In this document: one piece after another, positions 24,292 through 33,851 of the stretch | Layout of the letters: every line of letters begins with the position of its first letter | Position numbering within the stretch: the stretch's first letter is position 1 | Origin: Acutalibacteraceae bacterium | GTDB lineage: Bacteria > Bacillota > Clostridia > Oscillospirales > Acutalibacteraceae | Direction: 5' to 3' | Length of the DNA: 64,000 bases | Assembly: GCA_045121005.1 (NCBI GenBank) | Contig: JBGVFJ010000065.1 | Coordinates: 29,776-93,775 of the forward strand | Position numbers and translations under genes: made by a program | The notes under the pieces: generated by a model | What the model was told of the DNA's origin: nothing | Database searches by the model: none | Seen by the model: only the letters and a program-made list of their open reading frames with translations

Positions 24292-25356
24292 TTAAAACTC
24301 CTTGGCTATGAGTGAAACGGCACTGACAAATTCTTCCATTTGCCAATCGTCACCAACGGTGATTCTCACATATTCACTGATTCTGGGTTTGTTGAAATAA
24401 CGGATTAAGATGCCCTTTTCTTTAAGCTTTAAATAAAGCTGTTCGGCAGGGATTTTGTTATGCTTTGCAAAAATGAAGTTTGACTGTGAGTCAAGACATT
24501 CAAAGCCGCACTCCTTGAGCATAAGCTTTGTTTTTTCACGGATTGCAACGGTTTTTCGGTTGCATTCACGGTAATATTCATCGTCCTCAATTGCGGCGGC
24601 ACCTGCTGTGACACCAAGAGTGTTGATGTTGTAGGGATTGAAGGAATACTTGATTTTTTCAAGGTCTTCAATCAGCTCCTCACTTGCAAGAGCAAAACCA
24701 AGACGCAAGCCTGCCAAAGAGCGGCTTTTGGAAAAGGTCTGGGTAACGATGAGATTGTTATATTTTTTGAGAAGTCCGACACATGTTTCTGAGCAGAAGT
24801 CAACATAAGCTTCATCAATAATTACCACATTGTCGGGGTTGGAGGCTACGATTTTTTCAACCTCATCAACATTTAAAACAAGACCTGTGGGGGCATTGGG
24901 ATTTGCGATGATAATGTTTTTGTTGATACCGATATAATCGTTGATATCAACGGTAAAATCATCCCTGAGGGGCTTCTGAATGAGATTCACCTTGAACAAA
25001 TCGCAGTAAACGGGATAGAAGCTGTATGTAATATCGGGGCAGCAAAGCTCACCGCCGCTTCCGCAGAAAGCCATAATAGAAAAGGCTATAACATCATCGG
25101 AACCGTTGCCGCAGAAAACATTTTCACGCTTCAGACCAAAGTGGTTTGCAACAGCATCCTTGAGTGCCTTGAGCTCGGGGTCAGAATACAGCTTGAGGTT
25201 GTCAATCACTTCACCGCTGAGAACCTCTTTAACCTTTGGTGAGGGCGGATATGGTGATTCATTGGTGTTGAGCTTGATGTATTTTTTGTCATTAAGCTGT
25301 TCACCGGGAGTATAGGGAACAAGAGAAGAATAACATTCTCTCATAAATCTGCTCAT
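24292..25356 (-). CDS. hisC: Histidinol-phosphate aminotransferase
   Basis: 354 aa. LNTNESPYPPS...GNGSDD...TFSKSRSLAGLRLG (PLP lysine motif). Confidence 0.92.
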   Translation of the reverse strand: MSRFMRECYSSLVPYTPGEQLNDKKYIKLNTNESPYPPSPKVKEVLSGEVIDNLKLYSDPELKALKDAVANHFGLKRENVFCGNGSDDVIAFSIMAFCGSGGELCCPDITYSFYPVYCDLFKVNLIQKPLRDDFTVDINDYIGINKNIIIANPNAPTGLVLNVDEVEKIVASNPDNVVIIDEAYVDFCSETCVGLLKKYNNLIVTQTFSKSRSLAGLRLGFALASEELIEDLEKIKYSFNPYNINTLGVTAGAAAIEDDEYYRECNRKTVAIREKTKLMLKECGFECLDSQSNFIFAKHNKIPAEQLYLKLKEKGILIRYFNKPRISEYVRITVGDDWQMEEFVSAVSLIAKEF

Positions 25357-26636
25357 TGCAATTTTTCCTTTCTTTTGCTGACTGCTCTGCCGTGAGCCTG
25401 AAGACCCTCTTTTTCTGCAAAGCGGACAACATCATCGGCAACATCAACCAATGCTTCGGCTGAATAATAAATGAATGATGACTTTTTGATGAAATCATCA
25501 ACGCTCAAGGGTGAGCTGAAACGGGCTGTGCCTGAGGTGGGAAGTGTGTGGTTGGGTCCGGCAAGATAGTCTCCCAAGGATTCGGGAACATTTTTGCCAA
25601 GGAAAATTGAGCCTGCGTGCTTGATTGAATTGAGAAGCAGGAAAGGCTCGTCAACGCACACCTCAAGATGCTCAGGAGCAATCATATTGCTGATTTCAAC
25701 AGCCTGCTGAAGATTATCCACAATAATGATTTTGCCGTTGGTGTCGATTGATGCTCTTGCAATTTCAGCTCTGGGAAGCTCGGGAATCTGCTTTTCAAGC
25801 TCGTCACTTACCTTCTGAGCAAGGTCCTCGCTGTCGGTAATAAGAACAGCGGAGGCAAGCTTGTCGTGTTCAGCCTGTGAAAGCAAATCTGCCGCAACAA
25901 GCTCGGGGTCACAGTTACCCTGAGCAATTACAAGAATTTCACTGGGTCCTGCAATCATATCGATATCCACAATGCCGTAGAGCATTCTTTTGGCTGTGGC
26001 AACAAAGACATTGCCGGGACCTACGACTTTATCTACCTTAGGAACAGATTCGGTTCCGTAGGCAAGAGCGGCAACAGCCTGGGCACCGCCTGTTTTAAAA
26101 ATTCGGTCAACACCTGCGATTCTTGCAGCAGCAAGAATGGGAGCAGGAACATTGCCGTCTTTATCGGGAGGAGTTACCATAACAATTTCTTCAACGCCTG
26201 CAATTTTGGCAGGAACTGCGTTCATAAGCACAGATGAGGGATATCTTGCCGTGCCGCCGGGGACATAAAGACCAACCTTGTCAATAGGTGTAATCTTCTG
26301 ACCGAGAATAACACCGTCTTTATCGTTGATGATAAAATTGTTTCTCACCTGATGTGAGTGGAAGTGGTGGATGTTATCTCTTGCTTTTTCAAGAGTTTTA
26401 ATATAATCCTTATCGGCTGTTTCAAAAGCCTCGTCAATTTCTTCTTTGGTTACTTCGAGGGCTGTGATGTTTGCGCCGTCAAACTTTGCGCCGTATTCAA
26501 CAAGAGCCTTGTCACCGTTTGACTTAACATTTTCGATAATATCGGAAACGATGTCTTCAACGCCGCTTTTGGTTTTGATGTCGCGGGTGAGAATATCTTC
26601 GGGCTTGGCATTGGCCGCAGAAATTATTTTAATCAT
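25353..26636 (-). CDS. hisD: Histidinol dehydrogenase
   Basis: 427 aa. ...LYVPGGTARYPSSVLMNAVPAKIAGV...AGPSE...QAEHD... Confidence 0.95.
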   Translation of the reverse strand: MIKIISAANAKPEDILTRDIKTKSGVEDIVSDIIENVKSNGDKALVEYGAKFDGANITALEVTKEEIDEAFETADKDYIKTLEKARDNIHHFHSHQVRNNFIINDKDGVILGQKITPIDKVGLYVPGGTARYPSSVLMNAVPAKIAGVEEIVMVTPPDKDGNVPAPILAAARIAGVDRIFKTGGAQAVAALAYGTESVPKVDKVVGPGNVFVATAKRMLYGIVDIDMIAGPSEILVIAQGNCDPELVAADLLSQAEHDKLASAVLITDSEDLAQKVSDELEKQIPELPRAEIARASIDTNGKIIIVDNLQQAVEISNMIAPEHLEVCVDEPFLLLNSIKHAGSIFLGKNVPESLGDYLAGPNHTLPTSGTARFSSPLSVDDFIKKSSFIYYSAEALVDVADDVVRFAEKEGLQAHGRAVSKRKEKLQ

Positions 26637-27268
26637 ATTTTGCCCTCCTTAACAAGCTGTTCACGAAGCTTGGATGTAATATCGTTAATCACATCGCCCT
26701 TAAAGCGGTATGATGATTTGTTGGCAATAAGTCTTGCACTGATGGGGAGAAACTTTTCGCGTACGCTGAGATTATTTTCTTTGAGAGTTGTGCCTGTTTC
26801 AACAATGTCAACAATTACATCGGAAAGGCCGAGCAACGGAGCAATTTCGATTGAGCCGTTGAGCTTGATGATATCGATTTCACGGTTGAATGAAGAATAA
26901 TATCTTTTGGCAATGTTGGGGAATTTGGTGGCAACTCTGATGGGTCGGTTGGGGTCTTCAACATAATCATTCTTAGCAGCAACACACATGTGGCAAGCAC
27001 CAAGGCGAAGGTCAAGAAGCTCATACAAATCGAAGTTGCCTTCATCAAGAATATCCTTGCCCACAATGCCGATATCTGCGGCACCGCGTGCAACGTAAAT
27101 TGCAACGTCGGAGGGCTTAACAAGAAGATAACGCACGTTATTTTCTTCACTTTCAAACACAAGCTTACGGTTGTCGGCATAAATCTCACTGCAATCATAG
27201 CCGATTGAAGCAAGGCGCTCGTAAACCTTGTCACCTAATCTGCCCTTCGGCAAAGCTATATTGAGCAT
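26633..27268 (-). CDS. hisG: ATP phosphoribosyltransferase, short form
   Basis: 211 aa. LNIALPKGRL...DIGIVGKD...DIVETGTTLKEN. Confidence 0.93.
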   Translation of the reverse strand: MLNIALPKGRLGDKVYERLASIGYDCSEIYADNRKLVFESEENNVRYLLVKPSDVAIYVARGAADIGIVGKDILDEGNFDLYELLDLRLGACHMCVAAKNDYVEDPNRPIRVATKFPNIAKRYYSSFNREIDIIKLNGSIEIAPLLGLSDVIVDIVETGTTLKENNLSVREKFLPISARLIANKSSYRFKGDVINDITSKLREQLVKEGKI

Positions 27269-28377
27269 TATTTAACCTCCTTACCGTCAAATGTATATGT
27301 TTTGCCCGATTTGAAATTTTCGGGAATTTCTTTTTCAACTCTGACTGAGTAGCCTTGAGAAACAAAGTCCTCAACAGCCTTCATAAGAGCAATGTCAGAC
27401 TTTTCACTCTTGTTGAGAATGAGAATGTCACAGTCTGTTTCCCCTGCAACAGGATAATGCAGATTGAGGTTATCAAGATAAACCGCAAAACCTACCGCAC
27501 CGATGCCCTTGCGGATTTTGGAAGCAAGGTTGTCGTAACGCCCGCCGGCAAGAACCGGAGTGGGAGAAGCCTTGACATAGCCTGAGAAAATTATTCCGTT
27601 GTAATATGACGAGGGATTTACAACTGACAAATCAAGCTGAACCTTGTTGCCCAGAGAAACTGCACAAAGAGTGTTATAAACCTCTTCAAGCTCGTCACAG
27701 GCGCTGTCGGTGGCGTCGTTCATTGAGATATAACGCAGGCCTTGAATAACCTCGTCAAAGCTGCCGTTCAATGAAGTGAGAGCTGTGAAATATTCAACAT
27801 ATTTTTCTTCAATTGCATACTGCTCACACACAGCCTTAAGGTCGTGAGCGTTTTTGTTGCGCTGGCAGAAAACAATCTGCTCCTTGGCAGAAGCAGGAAG
27901 CTTCATTTCGTCAAGCACGGCGCTGATAAATGCCATATGAGAAAGGCAAAGTACACAATCAGCGTCAATCTTCTCCAGGCTTTTGAGAGCAAGGGTAACA
28001 ATTTCACCGATTGAATAAGAATCGATGTTTCCCATAAGCTCAACGCCGGACTGTTTGATTTCTTTATAGTCGTTGGTTTCCTGGGAAATTCGGTAAACGT
28101 TTTCGTTGTAATAAGTTTTGGTGCAGGTGTTTTTGTCAATCCTTGCATTTTTAACGATTGAGAGAGTTATATCGGGCTTGAGAGCCATAAGGCGCCCGTC
28201 AGAGTTATTGAAGGCAATAACCCCCTCACCTGAAAGGAAATCACGGTTGTCACTGTAAAAGCTGTATTCCTCAAATTTTGCCATACAGAATTTGCGGTAG
28301 CCGTACTGTTCATATAACTTTGAAAGCTCGTAAACGAGCCTGTCTTCAGTTGGCATTGAGCCGAAAAAATCAAACAT
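27268..28377 (-). CDS. hisZ: ATP phosphoribosyltransferase regulatory subunit (HisRS paralogue)
   Basis: 369 aa with a class-II aaRS-like core, immediately upstream of and overlapping short-form hisG. Confidence 0.85.
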   Translation of the reverse strand: MFDFFGSMPTEDRLVYELSKLYEQYGYRKFCMAKFEEYSFYSDNRDFLSGEGVIAFNNSDGRLMALKPDITLSIVKNARIDKNTCTKTYYNENVYRISQETNDYKEIKQSGVELMGNIDSYSIGEIVTLALKSLEKIDADCVLCLSHMAFISAVLDEMKLPASAKEQIVFCQRNKNAHDLKAVCEQYAIEEKYVEYFTALTSLNGSFDEVIQGLRYISMNDATDSACDELEEVYNTLCAVSLGNKVQLDLSVVNPSSYYNGIIFSGYVKASPTPVLAGGRYDNLASKIRKGIGAVGFAVYLDNLNLHYPVAGETDCDILILNKSEKSDIALMKAVEDFVSQGYSVRVEKEIPENFKSGKTYTFDGKEVK

Positions 28378-28493
28378 TCTGAGAGTCCTCCGTCCTATTA
28401 CGGGATTTTATGTTGCTATTATACACTGCTTCAACGCTTTAGTCAATTAGCATATTACTACAATAAAATCGTATGTAGGCATTATTTCTGTTC

Positions 28494-28522
28494 ATTATAC
28501 CAAAAAAGTGCCGAAAAGTAAA
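28494..28522 (-). promoter_or_regulatory. Candidate sigma-A promoter of the his operon
   Basis: On the minus strand: TTTACT (28517-28522), a 17-nt spacer ending in TGG, then TATAAT (28494-28499). A second TATAAT-like box (GTGTATAAT) lies closer to hisZ. Confidence 0.5.
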
Positions 28523-28650
28523 CGAAAAACAGCAGAAAAATAGTTGATTTTTTGCATTATAATGATTAGTTGTTTGGTTAAAATGACAAGAAAAATAATT
28601 CGTAATTTGAAATGCGGAATTCGTAATATTGGCTGTGTTTTCAAGTTAGC

Positions 28651-28720
28651 TCGTAGGGGCGGCCATTGGCCGTCCGTTTTTACGCTTTATATTACGGACG
28701 CGCAATGCGCGCCCCTACGA
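28651..28720. repeat. GC-rich nested palindromic (REP-like) intergenic element
   Basis: Outer arms TCGTAGGGGCG / CGCCCCTACGA. Inner pairs are GGCCATTGGCC and CGTCCGT / ACGGACG, plus the near-palindrome CGCGCAATGCGCG. It is preceded by two AATTCGTAAT direct repeats (28597-28606 and 28618-28627). Confidence 0.6.
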
Positions 28721-28764
28721 CATTGAATCAGCAACATCTTACGGTCAACTCCTGAATTGACCCT

Positions 28765-28800
28765 ACAAAAAAGCCGACTGATTTCAAAAATCAGTCGGCT
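28765..28800 (-). terminator. Orphan minus-strand rho-independent terminator upstream of the his promoter
   Basis: Stem AGCCGACTGA / TCAGTCGGCT. The U-run occurs only on the minus strand (CTTTTTTG). Confidence 0.55.
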
Positions 28801-28915
28801 ATCTTAATCTGACTTTCTACCCTCTTATTAATCCTTACGGACAATGCCTCTTCAGCTTATAAATTGTGTGTGATAGATGTCTGGATTAAGACATTTATAA
28901 TAATATCACGATATC

Positions 28916-28979
28916 AATTTGATGTCAATATGAATTCTTTTGTTTTCGATTCGAAATGATATTATAGTGACATCAAATT
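28916..28979. promoter_or_regulatory. Perfect 12-bp inverted repeat flanking a promoter-like sequence upstream of the RHH gene (candidate operator)
   Basis: AATTTGATGTCA (28916-28927) and TGACATCAAATT (28968-28979). Between them lies TTGTTT, 17 nt, then TATAGT. Confidence 0.5.
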
Positions 28980-28994
28980 CGGGAGGTTATTCCT

Positions 28995-29168
28995 ATGGCA
29001 GGCAACTATTATCCGCCCTTTTCTTTGAGAGTTTCAGAAGATTTGCTTGATAAAGTCAAATATATTGCAGAGAATAACAAGCGTTCGGCCAATAAAGAAA
29101 TTGAATTTGCTTTAGAACAGTATGTAAAAACTTTTGAATCAGAAAACGGCAAAATAAATATCGAATAA
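28995..29168 (+). CDS. Ribbon-helix-helix (Arc/CopG-like) DNA-binding protein, 57 aa (below the ORF-track cutoff)
   Basis: ATG at 28995 after GGGAGG. Product MAGNYYPPFSLRVSEDLLDKVKYIAENNKRSANKEIEFALEQYVKTFESENGKINIE has an RHH-like strand-helix-helix pattern. A hairpin plus TTTTTATTTT follows at 29170-29200. Confidence 0.6.
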   Translation: MAGNYYPPFSLRVSEDLLDKVKYIAENNKRSANKEIEFALEQYVKTFESENGKINIE

Positions 29169-29258
29169 TTAAGTTCCTGCTTGATGCGGGAACTTTTTAT
29201 TTTATATTGAAATATCAGGAATAAAAGCATATAATATTTGTGAATCGGAGGTAATGTT

Positions 29259-30482
29259 ATGAAAAAAACGAGACTTAAACAATATGCTTCACTTATTGCA
29301 AACGTGGGCGCAAGAGTTCAAAAAGGTCAGGAGGTTATGATTTTTGCTGAGCTTGACCAGCCCGAGTTTGTGAAAATGGTGGTTGAAGAATGTTATAAAG
29401 CGGGCGCAAAGCGTGTTGATGTGGAATGGAGCTATCAGCCCCTGACAAAGCTTCACGTAAGGCACCGTTCACTCAAAACTCTGGGCACCGTGCTCGATTG
29501 GGAGGTTGAAAAGCTCAAGCGCAGGGTTGAGGTGTTGCCCGTTATGATTTATCTTCTTTCGGAAGATCCCGACGGTCTTAACGGCATCAATCAGAAAAAA
29601 TATTCAAAATCTTCTCAGGAACGCTACAAAATTATCAAGCCATTCAGAGACAAAATGGAAAACAAATATCAGTGGTGCATTGCCGCTGTGCCCGGTGTGA
29701 CATGGGCAAAAAAGGTGTTCCCTAACTGCCGCAAAAACGAGGCGGTTGAAAAGCTGTGGGAGGCAATTCTTCTCACCTCACGCTGCGGTGACGACCCCGT
29801 TGAGCAGTGGAACCAGCACAACGCCGACCTCAAAAGCAGATGCGATTATCTCAATTCTCTTAACATCGAGTCACTTCACTACACTTCATCAAACGGAACA
29901 GATTTTACCGTTGGTCTTATTGAAGGCTCACAGTTCCTCGGCGGCGGAGAATACACCCTTTCGGGCAATTACTACAACCCCAACATCCCCAGTGAAGAAG
30001 TGTTTATTTCACCCAAAAAAGGCGAAGCCGAAGGTGTTGTTTATTCCACCATGCCTCTCTCCTACCGCGGTGAATTGATTGAGAATTTTTATATCCGCTT
30101 TGAAAACGGCAAGGCTGTGGAGGCAAAGGCAGAGAAAAACGAAGAGCTTCTCAACGAACTTATCAATATGGACGAGGGCTCGGCATACCTTGGCGAATGC
30201 GCCCTTGTGCCTTATGATTCCCCTATCAGAAACAGCGGAATTCTGTTTTATAACACTCTTTTTGATGAGAATGCCGCCTGCCACCTTGCATTGGGTGAAG
30301 GCTTTTCATCAAGCATTGTGGGCAACGAAGAAATGACTCTTGAAGAATGCAGAGAAAAGGGCATCAACAAGTCAATCGTTCACGAAGACTTTATGATTGG
30401 CTCCGCTGACCTTGATATCACAGCGAAAACACGCGACGGAAAAACCGTGCAGATTTTCAAAAACGGAAACTGGGCGTTTTAA
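29259..30482 (+). CDS. Aminopeptidase, M29 family (PepS/AmpS-like)
   Basis: 407 aa. LKQYASLIANVGARVQKGQEV...AGAKRVDVEW...EVFISP...ALGEGF...HEDFMIG. A terminator hairpin lies at 30494-30519. Confidence 0.8.
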   Translation: MKKTRLKQYASLIANVGARVQKGQEVMIFAELDQPEFVKMVVEECYKAGAKRVDVEWSYQPLTKLHVRHRSLKTLGTVLDWEVEKLKRRVEVLPVMIYLLSEDPDGLNGINQKKYSKSSQERYKIIKPFRDKMENKYQWCIAAVPGVTWAKKVFPNCRKNEAVEKLWEAILLTSRCGDDPVEQWNQHNADLKSRCDYLNSLNIESLHYTSSNGTDFTVGLIEGSQFLGGGEYTLSGNYYNPNIPSEEVFISPKKGEAEGVVYSTMPLSYRGELIENFYIRFENGKAVEAKAEKNEELLNELINMDEGSAYLGECALVPYDSPIRNSGILFYNTLFDENAACHLALGEGFSSSIVGNEEMTLEECREKGINKSIVHEDFMIGSADLDITAKTRDGKTVQIFKNGNWAF

Positions 30483-30617
30483 ATTTAATTAAAAGCAGGG
30501 TTTACGCCCTGCTTTTTTTCTGCCGTTTGAGGCTTAAATTCTGCCGTTGGGTCAGATACTGATGCTTTTTTAAAATCAGACTGATATAATCCGAATATAA
30601 GCAAAAGGAGGATTGTT

Positions 30618-31343
30618 ATGCCAGCTATTAAAACGGTTAATCTTACAAAGAAATACAAAGATGTGGTTGCCGTGGACCGACTTAATCTGCAGATTGAAAA
30701 GGGCGAGTTGTTTGCCCTTCTGGGGATTAACGGTGCAGGGAAAACCACGGTGATAAAAATACTTTCCTGCCTCGCGACGCCCACAGAGGGTGAAGCTTTT
30801 GTGGGAGGAAGTAGCATAAAAGATGAAATGAATGTAAAGAGAATTATCGGTGTTTCACCACAGGAAACAGCAGTTGCGCCAAACCTGACGGTTAAAGAAA
30901 ATCTTGAGCTTATGTGCGGAATCCATAGCCTCGGAAAAGAAAAAAGCAAAACAAAAATTGACGAGCTTTCAGCTCAGCTTAACCTTGACAGCGTTATGAA
31001 AAGAAAGGCAGGCAAGCTTTCGGGCGGATGGCAACGGAGAGTGAGCATCGCTATGGCTCTAATCAGCGAGCCTGAAATTCTCTTTCTTGACGAGCCCACA
31101 TTGGGGCTTGACGTGATTGCACGAAGCGAGCTGTGGGACACAATCCGCTCTTTAAAAGGCAAGGTTACAATTGTTCTCACCACTCACTATATGGAAGAAG
31201 CAGAAGAGCTTTCTGAGCGCATCGGCATTATGAAAGACGGCAGGATGTTGATTGTTGGAACGGCACAGGAACTTATGAAAAAAGCTTCTGCCGACACTTT
31301 TGAAAAGGCTTTTATCGCCATTGTAAAGGGGGCGGAAATATGA
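30618..31343 (+). CDS. ABC transporter ATP-binding protein (ABC-2 type)
   Basis: Walker A GINGAGKTT, signature LSGGWQRR, Walker B ILFLDEPT. Confidence 0.9.
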   Translation: MPAIKTVNLTKKYKDVVAVDRLNLQIEKGELFALLGINGAGKTTVIKILSCLATPTEGEAFVGGSSIKDEMNVKRIIGVSPQETAVAPNLTVKENLELMCGIHSLGKEKSKTKIDELSAQLNLDSVMKRKAGKLSGGWQRRVSIAMALISEPEILFLDEPTLGLDVIARSELWDTIRSLKGKVTIVLTTHYMEEAEELSERIGIMKDGRMLIVGTAQELMKKASADTFEKAFIAIVKGAEI

Positions 31344-32071
31344 AAATGCTCACATTTGCCAAAAGATGCGGAAAAGAAATTCTCCGCGACCCGTTAAACC
31401 TTTGCTTCGGATTGGGCTTCCCCGTGGTGCTGTTGATTTTGCTGAGTATTATTCAGTCAAACGTACCTGTGAGCCTGTTTGAAATCGGACATCTTTCACC
31501 GGGAATCTCGGTGTTTGGCCTTTCTTTTATGACGCTTTTTTCCGCAACGCTGATTGCCAAGGACAGAGAAAGTTCATTTTTGCAAAGGCTTTACACCACA
31601 CCTTTGAAGCCCGTTGATTTTATTCTGGGTTATATACTCCCCTTTGTTCCCATCGCTGTGGCACAAAGTGTTGTATGCTTCGGGGTTGCGGTTATTCTCG
31701 GTTTGCCCGTTACGGTGAATATTCTGTATGCGGTGATTGGAATAATCCCGATTTCCGTTTTCTATATTTCGTTGGGGTTGTTATGCGGAAGTGTGCTAAG
31801 TTCAAAGCAGGCAGGTGGCATCTGCGGCGCGTTACTGACCAATTTATCCGCCTGGCTTTCGGGAATTTGGTTTGACATTGAGCTTGCAGGCAAAGGATTT
31901 GGCAAGTTTGCGGATTCGCTCCCGTTTGTGCACGCAGTTGAGCTTGAAAGAGCAATAATCAGCGGTAATTTTGTAGAGATTCTGCCCCATTTTTATGTTG
32001 TTGCAGGATATGCGACAGTTACAACAATCGAAGCAATTTTATTGTTTTTGAGGCAGATGAAAAGGCAGTAA
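31340..32071 (+). CDS. ABC-2 type transporter permease
   Basis: 243-aa six-helix membrane protein whose start overlaps the ATPase stop by 4 nt. A bidirectional terminator lies at 32075-32100. Confidence 0.8.
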   Translation: MKMLTFAKRCGKEILRDPLNLCFGLGFPVVLLILLSIIQSNVPVSLFEIGHLSPGISVFGLSFMTLFSATLIAKDRESSFLQRLYTTPLKPVDFILGYILPFVPIAVAQSVVCFGVAVILGLPVTVNILYAVIGIIPISVFYISLGLLCGSVLSSKQAGGICGALLTNLSAWLSGIWFDIELAGKGFGKFADSLPFVHAVELERAIISGNFVEILPHFYVVAGYATVTTIEAILLFLRQMKRQ

Positions 32072-32100
32072 AAAAGACAGGGTACGCACCCTGTCTTTTA

Positions 32101-33135
32101 TTATTCATCATATCCTACAAGCTCCTGGCGGGTTTTGAAGTAATAGCCGTTTCTTTCAAGAAGCTTGGGAGCTTTTAATATTTTGCCCATTCCCCTGATT
32201 ACGCAGGTCTGCGGGTCGTTGGCAATTCTTGTTTTGATGCCCGTTCTGAATTCAACAAAGCGGTCAATACCTGTGAGCAATGCACTTCCGCCTGTTATGG
32301 TGATGCCTGTTTTTGAAACGTCGGCAGTGAGCTCCGGCGGGGTGTTTTCAAGCACCTGACGGATTGCTTCAACAATCTGGTCAAGCTGTTCGTTGAAGCA
32401 GAGGAAAACATCCGCAGATGTAATTTCCGCCGACGAGGGCATATTTGTTACCGCATCCTTACCTACGGCTCGCACGGCAAGCTCGGCTTCAAGGAAGTTG
32501 GTACAGCCGATGTCTTTTTTGATAATTTCCGCAGTGGGAGTGCCGATGATAAGATTTTTTTCGCGCCTTGCGAAAGAAATTATGGCATCGTTAAAGCTGT
32601 TACCTGCAATTTTTACTGACTTTGACGAGCAGACCATACCTCTTGCAATAACTGCTATGTCGGTTGTGCCTGCGCCCATGTCCACAACCATCGTGCCGTG
32701 GTAGCTGTTGACATCAACCCCCGCACCGATTGCGGCGGCAAGAGGCTCCTCAACAAGGCAAGCCTTTGATGCACCTGCAGCCGTTGCCATTTCAAGCACG
32801 GAGCGTTTATCAACAGAGTTCATATCGCAGGGAATGCTGATAAGCACATTGGGCTTTAAAATTTTATTGCTGCACACCTTCTGCACAAAGTAGCCGATGA
32901 TGTTCTGCACAATCTGAAAATCAGCTATGCTACCCTCTTTCACGGGGCAGATTATATCAATCCAGTCGTGGGTTTTGCCCATCATTTCATAAGCTTTTTT
33001 GCCAAGGGCACTTATTCTTTCATTTTCGGCATCGTAAGCCACAACGCTTGGCTCGTTGGCAATTATACCCTTGCCCTGAACGAAAACCGACAGATAGCCT
33101 GTTCCCAGATCAAAGCATATATTGGTTCCTATCAT
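32101..33135 (-). CDS. MreB/Mbl-family actin-like protein
   Basis: 344 aa. DLGTGYLSVFV...NEPSVVAY...DMGAGTTDIAVI...ITGGSALL. Confidence 0.85.
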   Translation of the reverse strand: MIGTNICFDLGTGYLSVFVQGKGIIANEPSVVAYDAENERISALGKKAYEMMGKTHDWIDIICPVKEGSIADFQIVQNIIGYFVQKVCSNKILKPNVLISIPCDMNSVDKRSVLEMATAAGASKACLVEEPLAAAIGAGVDVNSYHGTMVVDMGAGTTDIAVIARGMVCSSKSVKIAGNSFNDAIISFARREKNLIIGTPTAEIIKKDIGCTNFLEAELAVRAVGKDAVTNMPSSAEITSADVFLCFNEQLDQIVEAIRQVLENTPPELTADVSKTGITITGGSALLTGIDRFVEFRTGIKTRIANDPQTCVIRGMGKILKAPKLLERNGYYFKTRQELVGYDE

Positions 33136-33851
33136 CAGTCTCGTCCTTTCTTTTTTAACTTAGTTACTGCCGCCGAAAGACAACAGATTTTATCCGCGCC
33201 TGCAAGAAAAAGCATTTTTCCGCATTCGCTGAGGGTTGAACCTGTGGTTTCAATATCGTCTATCAGAAGTATTTTCATACCGCTCAGTTCAACACCCTGA
33301 GTCACCTCAAAAACGCCTAACACATTTCCGAAGCGCTCAATGGGAGAAGTGCCAGACTGCTTTTCTGTGCGGTAGATTTTTCGGAGAACTCCGTCTTTGA
33401 ACGGGATTCCCGTTTTTTGCGAAAGATTTTCAGCAAGAAGACGGCTTTGGTTATATCCCCTGAGCTTCAGATCATCGGGATAAAGAGGAACACAAGTGAT
33501 AAAATCGAAGCTGTCTTCCTCATAGCGTTCACGAAAAGTGCTGAACATATATTCACTCAGAGGCTGAGCAAACTCTGTTCTGCCCCTGAATTTAAAATTA
33601 TGGATACACTTTTTGACACCGTTCTCAAAATAAAACGGAGCTGCAGCCTTGTCATAATAAAGAGTGGCTGATGAGCAGGTGCATTCGCTCCTTGCTCTAC
33701 CGCATTTTGAGCAGATTCTGCCATGAACATAAGGCAATGCATCACGACATCTGTCACAGGTAAAAAGCTCATTTTCAAAGCTTTCACCGCCGCAGAACAT
33801 GCACCGATGAGGCCAGATTACGGCTTTTATTGATTTGATTAAATCTGTCAT
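33135..33851 (-). CDS. comFC: ComF-family protein (ComFC-like phosphoribosyltransferase-domain protein)
   Basis: N-terminal Cys-rich zinc finger (CMFCGG...CDRCRD...CSKCGR). C-terminal PRT motif ILLIDDIETTGSTL. Confidence 0.8.
   Translation of the reverse strand: MTDLIKSIKAVIWPHRCMFCGGESFENELFTCDRCRDALPYVHGRICSKCGRARSECTCSSATLYYDKAAAPFYFENGVKKCIHNFKFRGRTEFAQPLSEYMFSTFRERYEEDSFDFITCVPLYPDDLKLRGYNQSRLLAENLSQKTGIPFKDGVLRKIYRTEKQSGTSPIERFGNVLGVFEVTQGVELSGMKILLIDDIETTGSTLSECGKMLFLAGADKICCLSAAVTKLKKKGRD

Noticed and set aside
28544-28726. 60-aa + strand ORF upstream of the his operon
   Set aside because: It runs through the AATTCGTAAT repeats and the GC-rich palindromic element. It has no RBS and its translation is typical of REP-derived pseudo-ORFs.
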